From positions 5,102,837 to 5,166,836 of the forward strand of contig OZ199839.1 in assembly GCA_964304625.1 (NCBI GenBank): 64,000 bases of DNA, in the 5' to 3' direction. Positions 51,522 through 64,000 of this stretch are shown in pieces. The notes under the pieces were generated by a model. That model worked only from the letters and a program-made list of their open reading frames with translations, did not search any database and was not told the origin of the DNA. The stretch's first letter is position 1, and each line of letters opens with the position of its first letter. Source of the stretch: Kudoa neothunni (taxonomy: Eukaryota; Animalia; Cnidaria). A program made the position numbers and the translations under genes.

Positions 51522-52986
51522 TTAACTTGAGTACATTACTTTTATTCTCCAACATCTCCGAGGGCATATAAAACATAACAGCCAAAATTTGACGAATATT
51601 AATGAAGTTTAAAAAGTTCATTCAGGGACAGCTTATAATAATCTCAATATTTTAATTTGAAATTATTTGACTTTTCCAAGAGCAAAGCATTTTGGAAACA
51701 AATATTTATTTTTACTTTAAATGGCCGATATATTTTGTAAATTATAAAATAACTATCTATTATCTTTTTAAATTTAATGCACGATTTTAAATACCCAAAA
51801 TATGTAACATAAAACAACCCACACCTTTAACAAAATTACCCTTTATTTTTCTGCTAGTCAACTAATTAAATCGGCTTTTACTCTTGCTGATTATCTTAAC
51901 ATTTAACTGAACGTTGAGAAGATAATAATCTAACCAGAAAATAAATGATGTGATAAAATAAACTTTAAACAAATTGTAGGAGTTAAAATTGAAAGCGATG
52001 TTTAGACGAATTTAGCCAGTATTATCAAATATTGTACTGTTATTTTAAATTATCCAAGAAACATTCTTTAACGCGGTGTATAAAATAATTACATAATAAC
52101 TACATCATCCTTGTAGAAATTTTGTTAGCGCCATAAGGAGATTATGTAGAGGATTAAGTTGAAATATTGTATATTTATTATAGTAATCTCATATTTTGAT
52201 TTCTTGTATTTACATTATTATTTAAAAACAATAATGCTAAATTTAAATTAACATTAGTTTAAATTAACCTGTTTAAGGTAAGGAAGATTAAAGGTTTGAA
52301 TATTCGGAATTCCGAGTTTTTGCGACCACTGGTACATTTTATTTGATGGCGTTCGTGCGTAAGTTGCGTCTTTTTAGTGAGAAAAAGTATTAAATACTTT
52401 TACATCTAGAATTAACTAATAATTTATTAGTATGCCGATAATAATGAAATACGGAGTTAGTACGACGCTGCTGTTCATTTTTGTTTTTAACATTCCACCC
52501 GTCGCCAAGCTACTCGGAACTTCAAACAACTATCCACGACGCCCTTAAGTCTATAACGTTCTAGATTTATCTATAACCGCTGATCAAAAGTTTGAAATGC
52601 GTTTTTTAATGAATTGTTTTGTTTTTGGCATTTAAACAGAAAAATTGCTAACAAATGGTTTTTCTTAATTCTTTGATTCAAATTTATCATATTTTTTAAA
52701 TCGGATTGCGTTTTAAGGGAAAATTATATTGAATTTGTGATATATACTGTCTTGGGTTTTGTGATTAATATAGTTATTTAATTAGAAACAGGCTGTTAAA
52801 AACCGGTCCGATTATAGTTGAGAAGAGCGATTTATTGCCTTCAGAAAGTTAATTTTTGGGTCTATAAAATATAGCTGGATTAGAGTCTATAACAACCCTA
52901 ATTAATCTCTTGGATACATATGCTCATTTATTTTTGCCAAAAATAACTACAAAATTTTGATTATGATAATTTAAAATCTAACACGT

Positions 52987-54452
52987 ATGGAAATTTATTT
53001 GGGTAGTGGCATGTATGAACAGGGGGTTATCAGGCGCAACGTGACCACGACAGTGAATGGCACGATGAAGGTCGGTCCGAAGGAATTGGAGCAGTTTTTC
53101 TATCGCACATCTCAAATAGGGAATAAATTTGTTATTCCATGGAAAAACTATGGTTTACCATCAAGGTTTCAAGCCTTCAAATGGATTTTCACACGAAAAC
53201 GATTTGGATTTCCCACAAAAAATGTAACGTGCTTGAGTTGATATTCGAATTTTATTTGTCTAATGAGCATTAAATTTGATTCTATTTAGGATATAGAACG
53301 TCACCCTCTGTTGAATCCATATGTACATAATTCGGCCAATGACATGCTGTCGACAAATGACAACAATCTGAAATACACGTGGATAACTCATTCTACAGTG
53401 TTGATTAGTTTTAATGGGTTTAATCTGTTGACGGATCCTTTCTTTTCTGGAGTTGTTGGTCCATTGTATGTGAGATTTTTGGCCAAGTTTAGCAACTGTA
53501 AATCTTACGGCGTTCTACCAATAAATGTACAATTTTAAACTTTTACTTTGACCATATTTTCACATATGGATGTGCTGTTGTAATCAATAAAAGATCATTT
53601 TTTGTTATAGGTTGATCAACTACCCCACATTGATGCTGTTATGATAAGTCATGATCATTTTGATCATTTGGATGAGGTCTCAGTGGGACAACTCTATTCG
53701 AAATATGGGGATGATTTGATATGGTTCACTCCGCTCAACTACAAAAGTTGGTTTCGAAAAAAATTCAATATTGAAAATGTGGTAGAATTGGAATGGTGGC
53801 AAGAAGCTATATATAGGAAAAGTTTAAAGTGTGTGGTTTCAACATCACATGTTCCACATCGAACTCGCCTTCTGAATGAGAAAATTCAACTGCAATCCAG
53901 CGATACAGATTCAATAGTTTTATCACTTTGCCCCAGCCAACATTGGTGTAGCCGGAATTTTTTTTTGATTGATCATCGCTTATGGGGTAGTTGGATTGTG
54001 AGGAACGCCAACTTTAGTTTCTTTTTCGGTGGTGATACCGGCTATAACCCACACATTTTCAAAGCTATCGGGCACAGATATGGACCTTTGGATTTGAGTG
54101 CAATTCCTATAGGTGCATATGAACCTAGGTGATTTTTAATGTACGTGTGATGTTTTGATGAAGATTCCAATTGAAGGTATATCATGCGAAATGAGCATCT
54201 CTCACCTTGGGAAGCTGTTCAGGTTCATCTAGAGTTGAAATCGAGGAAATCTTTTGGTATCCATTGGGGCGCTTTTCATTTTAGTGACGAGGTAATGGGG
54301 TGATTGAATATTTGTTGGAACTGTTTTTTTTTTAATTTTAGGGATTTTTCGAACCTCCGAATGATTTACACAAAGCTTCTCTTGCCGAAAAAATCCCACC
54401 TAACAGCTTTAATGCTGTGCGTATTGGTCAAACCTATTCAATTAATAAATAG
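52987..54452 (+). CDS. NAPEPLD: N-acyl-phosphatidylethanolamine-hydrolysing phospholipase D (metallo-beta-lactamase fold), 5 exons
   Basis: TWITHSTVLI, LTDPFFS, MISHDHFDHLD, VELEWWQ, PSQHWCSR, LWGSW, FFGGDTGY, DLSAIPIGAYEPR, GIHWGAF. Start 52987 or 53011. Confidence 0.92.
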
Positions 54453-55251
54453 TTTTGTACCTTTGTATTTTATAAATGTAATAGTGTTAATTGTACCTTA
54501 AGAGATTTTTATTGAATAATTTATATATGAATGACTAGGAAATAAATGATCATTTTTATTTGATACTAGCGCTAATGCCCAGCTTTGCCTGACACTATGT
54601 GGTGGAAAATTTTAACTTTTAATTTTATTTTTGAATGGAGAAATTCTACGGAAGATTTAATCTAATTAGCACATGTAAACCCTGTAAATTTCATTTTTCT
54701 ATTAAATTATTGCATTTTAAAGCTTGTCATTATTTTTGCAATGTGTTGAGTTAATTAAACAAAATTATGCGCATATTTTCCGTTCAAATATAAATGGAGG
54801 TATCGAGAGAAATTAATGATTAAAAAAGTTTATCTTACAAATTAATGACCCAAAGTATGACCTTAATTTTATGAGCAATTTAATTGACGTTTAAAGTTTA
54901 TTTGTTTATTAAACAAAATCATTAAGCAACTTAAATAGGACCTTCAGTTCTTTTCAAAATCTTACGAGAAAAATTAATCTTTCTAGTTATAAAGTTTATT
55001 ATTAGTCAATAAATGATGAACAAAATAAACCTAAGATGCGCCAGAAACAAAAATAATAATTGTTACTCATTTTTTGCGATTTAATAAAGGATGTTAATGA
55101 GGTTTTAATAATCTGTGAGTGGTAACTTACATATTCATTATTTTAACAAAAATACTTACTGGTTCAAAAATATACAAATTAAATTATCAAAATACTATTA
55201 AATCTAAAATATAAAGGTGTTTTTGGTTTGAAAAATTTCAATAATGCTTAA

Positions 55252-58200
55252 CCCTAGCGGGACGGTGTGAGGTTCATGCGGACCCCAATTTTTGTATTTT
55301 CTCTTCATTTTATGAATGAAAAAAATTTTTAATCCCATGAATCCCAAAAGAAGGTATCAATTTTTTTATGTTGCTTTTAAAGTTTTTTTATATTTAAAAT
55401 TAATCGAAATAAACTTACTTCTTTCGTGTATGTTTTTGATAAAAGGATTATTTAGTTAGCCTTTTAATTGAGATTAATATATAAAATAAAATAATTAATG
55501 GAACTCTATTATATATGTGCTTTAATTATATTTGAAGTCAATATGCTTGTATTTCTATCATTTTATATAATCGCCCGACAAATACCGATATATATATACC
55601 CATAGATTATTGAGGGATTAGAGGCTTAAATTTAAATCCACGTTGTTTATTTACATGTTAGTAAATTATTAGTTATTGTCTTTGAAACTAAAATCAAATA
55701 GAGCAATGCCAAAAGAATATTCTGATAATTTATTAAGTGATCCTGTTGAGAATGATGAAATCGACAGTGATCTTGATTTTGAGGGACCGCTATCTGATAT
55801 TTCAGATTGCGACGATATTGTAGAAACAATGGATTCCTCATCTTGCAATGAAGATAATGATAATCTAGAGAATTTAGTGGAAATTTCTAACTCCAGAATT
55901 GGATTCAAATGGAGTTGCAGTGAAACAATGAAGAGGAAAAACCAAAGCCACAATCTAATCTTGCCAAAACCTGGACTTACAAAAGAGTCGAAAAATGTAC
56001 AAACGATTATGGAAAAATTATCGCTATTTTTTTCGAGTATTGTGTTGGAAAAAATATTATATCTTACTAATAAGTACTGCCTATTGAATGAAAAATGTAG
56101 CGATAAGGATACCATAACAATGGAAGAGCTGACAGCTTTTTTTAGAATCATGATCATATCTGGCAGATGTAATGGAACCAAATTATCACTCAAAAATCTT
56201 TGAGATTTTAATCCGTTGTTCGAACAGCATTTTTTCGGTGGCTCTATCGAGGGATCGTTTTTGCTAGATTACAGAACGATCCGTTTTGATGATCGACTCA
56301 CGAGAGCATAAAGAATGAGAACACCTGGCGACAAATTTGAAGCAATGCAAGAAATCTTCGACGATTTAAATTCCTCGCGCACACGGAACTATTCATCGGG
56401 TACACATATAACTATAGATGAGAGAATGGTTTCATTTAGCGGAAGGTGCCCTTTTCGTATTTACATGAAGAATAAACCCCATCGATTCGGGATGAAGTTG
56501 TGGGTGGCTTCAGATGCGGATACATCATACCTATTAAATACCCAACCTTACCTTGGTAAAGTTAACGGTATCAGAGAGAAAAGCCAAGGAGAACGAGTCG
56601 TCGTGATAAACGACTGACAACTTTTTTACATCCATTCCCCTAGCTTTATTTTTACTAAAAATGATTTAACTCTGACTAGAACTATGCGAAAAAATAACCG
56701 ATACATCCCAAAAAATAATCTTAGTGTGAAAGATCGTGATGAAAATTCCTCAATGTTTTGCTTCTCCGATGACTTAACCATAGTTTCATATGTTCTCAAT
56801 AAAAACAAAAATGTCATTTTATTATCAACAGAATTCCATGATAGTGCCATCGAAAGAGGTGATAAAAAAAGACATGAACTTATCGTTCATTACAATCACA
56901 GAAAATGGGCAGTTGACAATGAAGACCGGATGACCAAACTTGATGGTTGTTATAGAAGAACCAATTGTTGGCCATTCTGTGTTTCCATGGATCTGATTGA
57001 TATATCTGCGTTAAATGCACATATTATATGGACAACCAGATTTCTTGTTTGGCGTTCGAATGATCGCAGTCGACGTCAAACCTTCTTTTGAGAATTAGGG
57101 ATTCGATTGGTCATCTCTAACGTATTGCGTCGTTAAGAAACCTTTACCAGGTACCATTCAGATTTACAATACGGATTCAAAATATTCAATAGCTTTATCT
57201 CCAATTCCAGCTCAAATATGCAAAATGATTCAACATCATCAAAAAAGGGACGATGCGCATGTTGCCCACACAACATGGATAGGAAAACCAAAAAAAATGT
57301 TTTTCTTGTTACAAGCCAATTCGCCCACTTTATAAAACCCAGAAAATTATAATCACTTGCCCAGACTGTCAGAATGATTTGAGTGCTTAGTTTATTGTTG
57401 AATTATTATCCTGTCTAACGACAGTTAGATTTATTTTATATTGGCTCATTCTTTTACTGCATTATAAAAAAAATATTTTTAATTATATACGTATTTTAAA
57501 GAGATTTTTAAATTAGAAATAGTTTGTTCAGCATAACAACAATTTGAATTTTATATACGATTTATTTGAAATTAAAATTTTAGCCAAATTTCTCATAATT
57601 ATTCTAACATTCCTTGGTAAAAAACTAAAGCCAAACAGAAACCAAAATAAACACAAATTTTCACTATAACTTAGTGAAATAATCTTTCTAAATTTGAATA
57701 TTTTTTAACCTAATAAATGTTTCGGTGACCAATATTTACTGCATATAATAATTTCAATTCCGAAATATTCACCGTCGTTTATGATTTTTTTTAAATTGAC
57801 TTTTGAAGTAACTATCCAAAAAACGTCGAGCTAATATTACCTATTATTTTTTAATTTGAAAATCACATAGAAATAAAAATGTCTTCTAAATGAAAAAATA
57901 TTCAGATAGAATAAACGTATTATGTAGGTATGGATATCAATTTTTGAGGGCATTACATGCATCGATGATTAATTTAAGCTTACAAGTTTAAAAATAAGTT
58001 CTTTATTTTATAGCGAATAAGTAATTCTATTATTGGTATGTGAAATAAAATCAATCTAATATTTTATTAATAAACATATTATATTATGTGATCTCTATGT
58101 TTGTTAACAAATAACGATTTTGTTATAATTATAATCCTCTGCGCTGTAAGAAAATTAACGAGAGTTACTCGGAAAACGCGGCTTGGTGTGGCTAGCTGGT

Positions 58201-58538
58201 CCTTTAAATATTCTTGAATACAAACAATGCTACTGAATGTCTTAATAATTGCCACGGAAGAGCTATTTTATACTGCCTATCGGTGCCTTGCGAGAGTGTC
58301 ACAGTCATTTTGTGAAGCTTTGCCTTCAATAGAAAATTCTGCTAATCTATCCATTTTTTACAAAAATATATAAATAATTTTAACCAACTAATAATCTTTT
58401 CTATATATTTATAATATATTAATCATATAAATGGTAGTTATTATAAAAATTGCGTTTACATAATGAAATAACCTCGGGGGTAGGCGCGGACCCCACACCG
58501 GAACATAGGTACATTTTCCGAACACCGTCCTGTAAGGG
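55252..58538 (+). mobile_element. Near full-length piggyBac transposon
   Basis: TTAA TSDs (55248-51, 58539-42); TIRs ccctagcgggacggtgt / (rc) cccttacaggacggtgt; subterminal gcggacccca motifs. Confidence 0.93.
55706..57390 (+). pseudogene. piggyBac transposase pseudogene (PGBD4-like)
   Basis: ITIDERMVSFSGRCPFRIYMKNKPHRFGMKLW, TTDNFFTSIP, YNHRKWAVDNEDRM, C-terminal Cys-rich domain; several stops and frameshifts. Confidence 0.92.
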
Positions 58539-59921
58539 TTAAATATCAACTGGTTTTATCGAAGCAGTACACCCTTTTGAAAATAAATGTACTATTTGAT
58601 TGCCCTAAAAAATTTCTTTGTATTGAACTATTCTTAGATTAACGAAAACTGTGTGAAAATATCGGTTAGGTCGAATAGACAAATAATTTCTTATTTAGTT
58701 ACATGACATGTATTGAGAGGGGACTTTATTTTATGCAAAAGTAACCGTGGATATAAATTCATAAACTGCATATAGAATGTGGTGTCGCATATTTTCATGC
58801 AGCTTTTATATCATAATGAGTTATTTTTAGCGAAAGGAAAATTATATATTGATTTGAATATTAACCTTAAGGTCTGGGGGTAAGGAATAATCAGGTTACT
58901 AAGAATTTAAATATTATTTAAAAAATTATCTCGTCAAATAAAGAAACTTGTCGAATTAGTGATGCCTGTTGTTTTTCAATGAAGTTTAGGAAAACCAAAA
59001 AATGAGTAAAAATTTATCGAAAAGACGAATATAATTTCAATCGATATATTTGATAAAAAGAAATTTTAACATCTCAGGAATTCCAATGGAGCGTAATTTT
59101 CATTAAGAAGTTATCACAAAAACTTGATTATTTGAAAACTCTACACGCATCTTACACCGTTATTAGAATGCGTATAGAGACCCAAATTATTCAAACGTGG
59201 TAACAACTTGTAATCTCGAATTATGTGTTTTATTTAAAATGATCATAATCTTTTTCGCTTAACAATATTTATAACGCTTGAAAAATGAAAATACATCCTA
59301 AATAGTTCAGTTATGCTTTAAATTTTAAGGGAAATGCTACATCTCTTGTAAATGTGACGTTAATAGTTTTATTTGTCTTAAAATTATTCCAAAAGGCATA
59401 CTTAACATTTTTAAAACATTCTATATCATAATTAACAGATTTTCTGTGTGTATAGTGAGTAAAAGTTCATTCTAATTGACTATTGCTCTGAAGTGAACAA
59501 ACATCAATATTATTCGGGTACCTTTAATCGGGTCGGGTAATTGATGCAAACAACCAGAAAATTTTTTATTTCTGACTGCGGTATTAATTATATCTATACT
59601 TCTAAGTAAATGAACGATTTTTATTAATGGTATAATCTAATCAAATGCAAACTAAAAGCTGTATTTAAAAAAGTTTCTCCATGGCACATCCGTACTGCTG
59701 CAAACACGCACACTGACAGACATAAGAGCTTTATATATATAATAGATATTAATAAATAGAAAATATTAGATTGAACACGTAAATTAAATTTTCAGTAAAA
59801 TTCATCAAATGGCTAGTTGCCCATCAGACTTATTTCAGCTTGGATTACGCACGAATCGCACATAATAATACATTTTCGAGAGGGATTCTGATCACTTAGA
59901 ATCGATACATTACGTACAAAG

Positions 59922-60389
59922 ATTTTTTTCCAAGGTAACCCCCGCCCCGGTGCAACTTATTAGGTTGTGGAGTTATGGCTGGTTAGATCATCCTCATTAG
60001 AATAAACGCTGTAGACGCTGCAGGACGAGTAACACCTACCCTTGCTTTTCGGCGGTAGCGTGGGAGTTTAACCCATTTAACATCCTCGTTTCAGAGTAAC
60101 CACCACACCAAACCCTATCCATAACGACTTTGACTCTATAGGGATTTCAGGCCCATTAGTGCTTCCCCGACGATCGAAAAGTCAAATTTAACCTCCTCTA
60201 CTTGATCGAACTATATTTGCAGGTGAAAATACACGATGCTTATGGTGCAATAACACTCTAACAACAGCTCCCATCACGGGATAGAGACACACTCGCTCGG
60301 AAACAATAGACTGATCAGTGGCGGGAGTCGAACCCAGTACTGTTGGGTATTGGGTTTAGACATCACACCACTAGGCTATGTGTCTACGG
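59922..60389 (-). mobile_element. Complete tRNA-derived SINE (468 bp)
   Basis: 14-bp TSD cattacgtacaaag (59908-21 and 60390-403); minus-strand A box TAGCCTAGTGG (60378-68) and B box GGTTCGACTCC (60334-24); short A tail. Confidence 0.88.
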
Positions 60390-60689
60390 CATTACGTACA
60401 AAGCATGCTCATCCGTGAAAATTTTTCATAGTCTCAAGATGAAGCTCGAGCCTCGGTTCAACAAGATACGGTTTAATCTATCATTCCAAAGGTTTCTGGA
60501 ACAGAAGTTACGCATATTAAAGAAATTCATTTCAATAAATAGCAACACACATGCTAGCATGGATAGCTTAAATTAGAATGTATATCCCTATACTTGGCTG
60601 CAGATAAAGCATGATTTTAATTACAGAATATAGAGAACTCTTAGTTCATAATTTTATTAAAGAGAAAGCAATGAATCTGATAGTTACTA

Positions 60690-61824
60690 TAGGGTTTTGC
60701 GCGACTATCAAATTCGGACATTTTGCGCAGCATAAAAACTAATGTTTAAAATGTAAAATTTTATGATTAATGCCACGTAGATAACTATTTACATATTTTA
60801 ATCTCGCGCCACATCTTCCACCAAGTGGCATTTACCTAAAAAGGTTTCCGAATGTTCAAAAAATTTTATAATTTCACTTCCAGTGACCGAGGAAGCAGAA
60901 CTATCCATTCTATCAATTAAATCATTTCTTCCTCTAATTGGGCCATTTCGTCTTACTCTTGATTTAATTAAGGAGAATACCTCTTCGCAAGGGTTGAGAA
61001 ATGGTGAATATCTCGGAAGATACTGTATTTCTCCAGAAAAAATGTCGTAAAACTCAACATTGGAATCTCACATTATCCATTGCAATAATAAAATTTCGTC
61101 AATCCATCGCTTCCTCTACCTTTTTTAAAAATGATTGAAAATTTTCCGTGTTCACTGAACCGAAAATAGCCTCGCAATAGATAAGACCTTTTCCGTTAAT
61201 GACCAATATCATTGTGACATTATTTCCTCGGCTGTTCGGAACTACTGCATTAGGGGTGGTGTCTCTTAAGGACCCGCCGTGGCTTCTTAACATGCAGAGG
61301 GAAAAGGGACTTTCATCCACAAAAATAAGATTTTCGTATCTTGTGGTTATGGGAAGTTGAGTATACCATTCAGCAAACTTTTTTCTCTCTGACTTTACAT
61401 CATAGGAATTTCTACTCAGCGGTACCGTTCTTACCATTTTAAATGTTATGTTCATGGATGTCAACCAGCTTGAGACAGTCGCGGGATTAACGTTTAATGA
61501 TAATTTTTCAATCATCAACGCAAGAGTTAAGATGCAATCATCGTTAATCAAGTCCAACAATTTCCTCTTGATTTCTCCGTTAAAAATAACTCTTCGTGCT
61601 CCACCTGGCGGCAAATTTTCAAAAGAATCTCTCGCTAGAAATCTTTGAACGATATCGTTCACAGTTGATCTTGGAACATCTAGATTCTAGATCATCTGCA
61701 ACCTCTTTTTGTGATCTTCCCTGTTTGATAACTAGTTTAATCACTCTTTTCCTTGTTTCACTCGTGTGCTTTGCGTATCCAACCATTTTTGTTTTTACTG
61801 TTTACTAACGCGCGCAAAACCCGG
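60690..61824 (-). mobile_element. IS630/Tc1-like (ITm) DDE transposon, defective
   Basis: 12-bp inverted repeat gggttttgcgcg (60692-703 / 61811-22) with flanking TA. Transposase from ATG 61786: HTH, LIFVDES, IAMDNVRF, YLPRYSPFLNPCEEVFSLIK; frameshifted. Confidence 0.85.
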
Positions 61825-62192
61825 TAACAATTTTGTGAATATGCCTTAATATCAAATAAAATAATCCACGCAGCACTATTGGATAAATCCTAAGTCTCTG
61901 CCATGCTCACAACTTTAATAATACAACCAAAAGGAGTGAGATGAATCTTTACTCAAACTTTTGAATAGATATAATCACCTAAATGTTCGTTTATTAAAAT
62001 GTTATTTGATCATGCACTTTAATTATGCTTAAAAATCATAAAGTATTATTAAATCCATAGATGTATTATAAATAGTGTCAATGAATAGAATAATATAGCA
62101 AGGGCAAGTAGCAATTAGATACGCACGCGCAAATCCTAACGAATAAGTACGATCGTGTTGCTGAAGCGTGTACGTGGTTTGTTGGGTTCGGT

Positions 62193-63074
62193 ATGACGAG
62201 ATCTAGAGTATGTTGTTGGTTAATTACATCGTTGGCAATTTTCCAGAACAAACACGACTAACCTGATATATTCAAGGATATATCATCAGAGTCACCAAGG
62301 TCTAATGGAAAGAGATCACGTTCTGTGAGTGGTTCTAGTTCTCCTGGTCGTAGATCACCCCGTGATAGACGTCCAGATTTCAGATCACCCTCACCCTCAA
62401 GGTAACTGATTGTTTTGTTTGTGGTAGGATGGTTGATTTATGTATGTTTTGGTATAGATATCGCGGTAAATATGTAAGTTTTTGAGAGCGTGCTATTACT
62501 GGCATCATCTAATTATCTAATCATTTTAATCCATGCATGTATAGGAGAATCCTGAGCCTTGTAAATGTTTGGGTGTTTTTGGATTAAGTCTACGCACCGA
62601 TGAACGTGAATTGAAAGATATATTCCGAAAATGTGGTTCCATTGACAATGTGACTATTGTGTATGATCGTCGCTCTGGCAGATCACGTGGTTTTGGGTTT
62701 ATTAAATTCCGACATCAAAGTGATGCTGACGAGGTAATTTCTATTTGATTAGCGGTTGGTGATTAATATATGTGATTGTTGGCGCATGTACTAATAGGCA
62801 AGAAAAAGCATGAATGGTATGGACATTGACGGTCGTCGTATTAGAGTTGATTATTCGGTGACTAAACGACCGCATTCACCAACTCCAGGTGTATATATGG
62901 GAAAAACGTAAACCAACCACACGATTGTTGTTATGATTTCTAACGATGTGTCATTGTTGTAGTGACGATCGTTACCGCAGATCGCCGTACGATGGAGGTA
63001 GAGATCATGAACGTAGAGGTTCATATAGACGTCGCTCACCATCGCGTTCAAGATCTTATGAACGTCGTCGTTAA
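62193..63074 (+). CDS. tra2: Transformer-2 splicing factor (RS-RRM-RS), 6 coding exons
   Basis: [66 protein letters not shown], with RS-rich flanks. Confidence 0.95.
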
Positions 63075-63630
63075 CGTCCAAGCCACATCACTTGGATGCC
63101 GACCAAATAATCAATTATGAATTCCTATATGAATAATAATTGGATTGCTTATTATAAAAAAATAATTGTAATGCAAATTGAACATTGAATTTTCTCAAAA
63201 TCACACTCTCAAACCATCAAACACTGCGTGTTAGTTGTCTGTAATTAATCCATCGTGTTCGCCTCCACTTTTCAAAAAACACTGTCGTCGCAACAGTAGC
63301 AGCACATATTTTTTTTTCTTCTGTGCCACACTGTTGTTGGTAAAGATAGGGAAGTGAGCCACACACGGTCGCTACTGCAATTCAAACATTGTACACAAAC
63401 AATAAATAGGAACCGGCTCAATTCAATTTATCAAATACACACAGAATTCTCACATCAAAACTTACATTTTCTTCAATTTCAAACTCCTAACATTATAATT
63501 ACCGGATCTCATTTTGTACATATAACCTTAATCAATATCATTAATCGTATGTGCTATTGATTGTATTGTGTTAATATATCTGTGTTGAAGCATAAACGAA
63601 TTACGGGGTTAAATTAATGGATTAACTAAC

Positions 63631-63655
63631 GCAGGCAGGCAGGCAGGCAGACAGG
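63631..63655. repeat. (GCAG)n tetranucleotide repeat
   Basis: gcaggcaggcaggcaggcagacagg. Confidence 0.8.
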
Positions 63656-64000
63656 TGATGATTGGTTTATGCCTCATCGCTTTCATTCAAGGATTTTTAA
63701 GTCTGTGATTCCTTAGTCATGCATGAAGTTGACTTTTTTATGTTAGGCAGAAGCTCCAGCAACTTTTGAGTACGTTTTTAACCCCTGGCGTATTGCGGCA
63801 TTGCGTGCGAGGAAGTAACGCGCGTGCCAGAATGGAGCACTTGTCTTATCAAGTGGTAAAATTGTATTATTGGCAGGCCTTTTATTACTTCAAACCCGTC
63901 GATATTAAAGGGAGTTGAACAAACTTAAGATCGGGAAGATTTAGGGGATTCCCTAATGTGTAGAATGTGGTTATTGGCTGACCAATAAGGTGAAGCCGTG

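Larger units (their letters stand above)
54566..59746 (-). mobile_element. Probable Helitron-like element interrupted by the piggyBac
   Basis: 5' end TCTATTATATATATAAAGC..tgtctgtcagtgtgcg at 59746 and 3' end (plus strand) ctagcgctaatgcccagctttgc at 54566 both resemble the ends of 17383-18085. Pairing of the two ends is inferred. Confidence 0.45.

Noticed and set aside
49590-52475. Minus-strand spliced gene divergent from NAPEPLD, with the piggyBac in one intron
   Set aside because: Some exon-like pieces exist, but I could not assemble a stop-free frame; at most a decayed pseudogene.
60316-60385. tRNA gene on the minus strand
   Set aside because: A and B boxes are present but there is no convincing acceptor stem, and it lies inside a TSD-flanked element; it is the SINE head.
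63180-63480. dsx-repeat-like Tra/Tra2 binding elements downstream of tra2
   Set aside because: CA-rich, but no match to TC(T/A)(T/A)CAATCAACA.
1-64000. Prokaryotic systems (CRISPR, operons) or an alternative genetic code
   Set aside because: Genes have spliceosomal introns, there is no repeat-spacer array, and in-frame stops occur only in introns or decayed elements.

Overview
AT-rich eukaryotic (animal) genomic DNA, standard genetic code, with very short GT-AG introns (mostly about 35-75 nt) and fast-evolving proteins. This is the kind of architecture seen in reduced parasitic metazoans such as myxozoans, but the taxon is an inference only. Eight host genes, all on the + strand: 3' part of a SENP/Ulp1 SUMO protease, a SEPT6-group septin, VLCAD, a Raf kinase, two tandem talin genes, NAPE-PLD and transformer-2. 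Intergenic DNA and two 3.2-3.3 kb talin introns hold decayed mobile elements: three piggyBac elements, a piggyBac-like MITE family, a pogo/Tigger element, an IS630/Tc1-like element, Helitron-like non-autonomous elements, a solo LTR and a complete tRNA-derived SINE with a 14-bp TSD. Most interesting: (1) the upstream talin paralog has a remodelled integrin-binding pocket, a degenerate I/LWEQ actin-binding domain and a hydrophobic C-terminal tail in place of the dimerisation helix; (2) the Raf has lost the Ras-contact residues of its RBD and its canonical 14-3-3 motifs; (3) all three piggyBacs appear to carry a related second ORF convergent with the transposase. Exon structures were assembled by eye and gene spans include introns.
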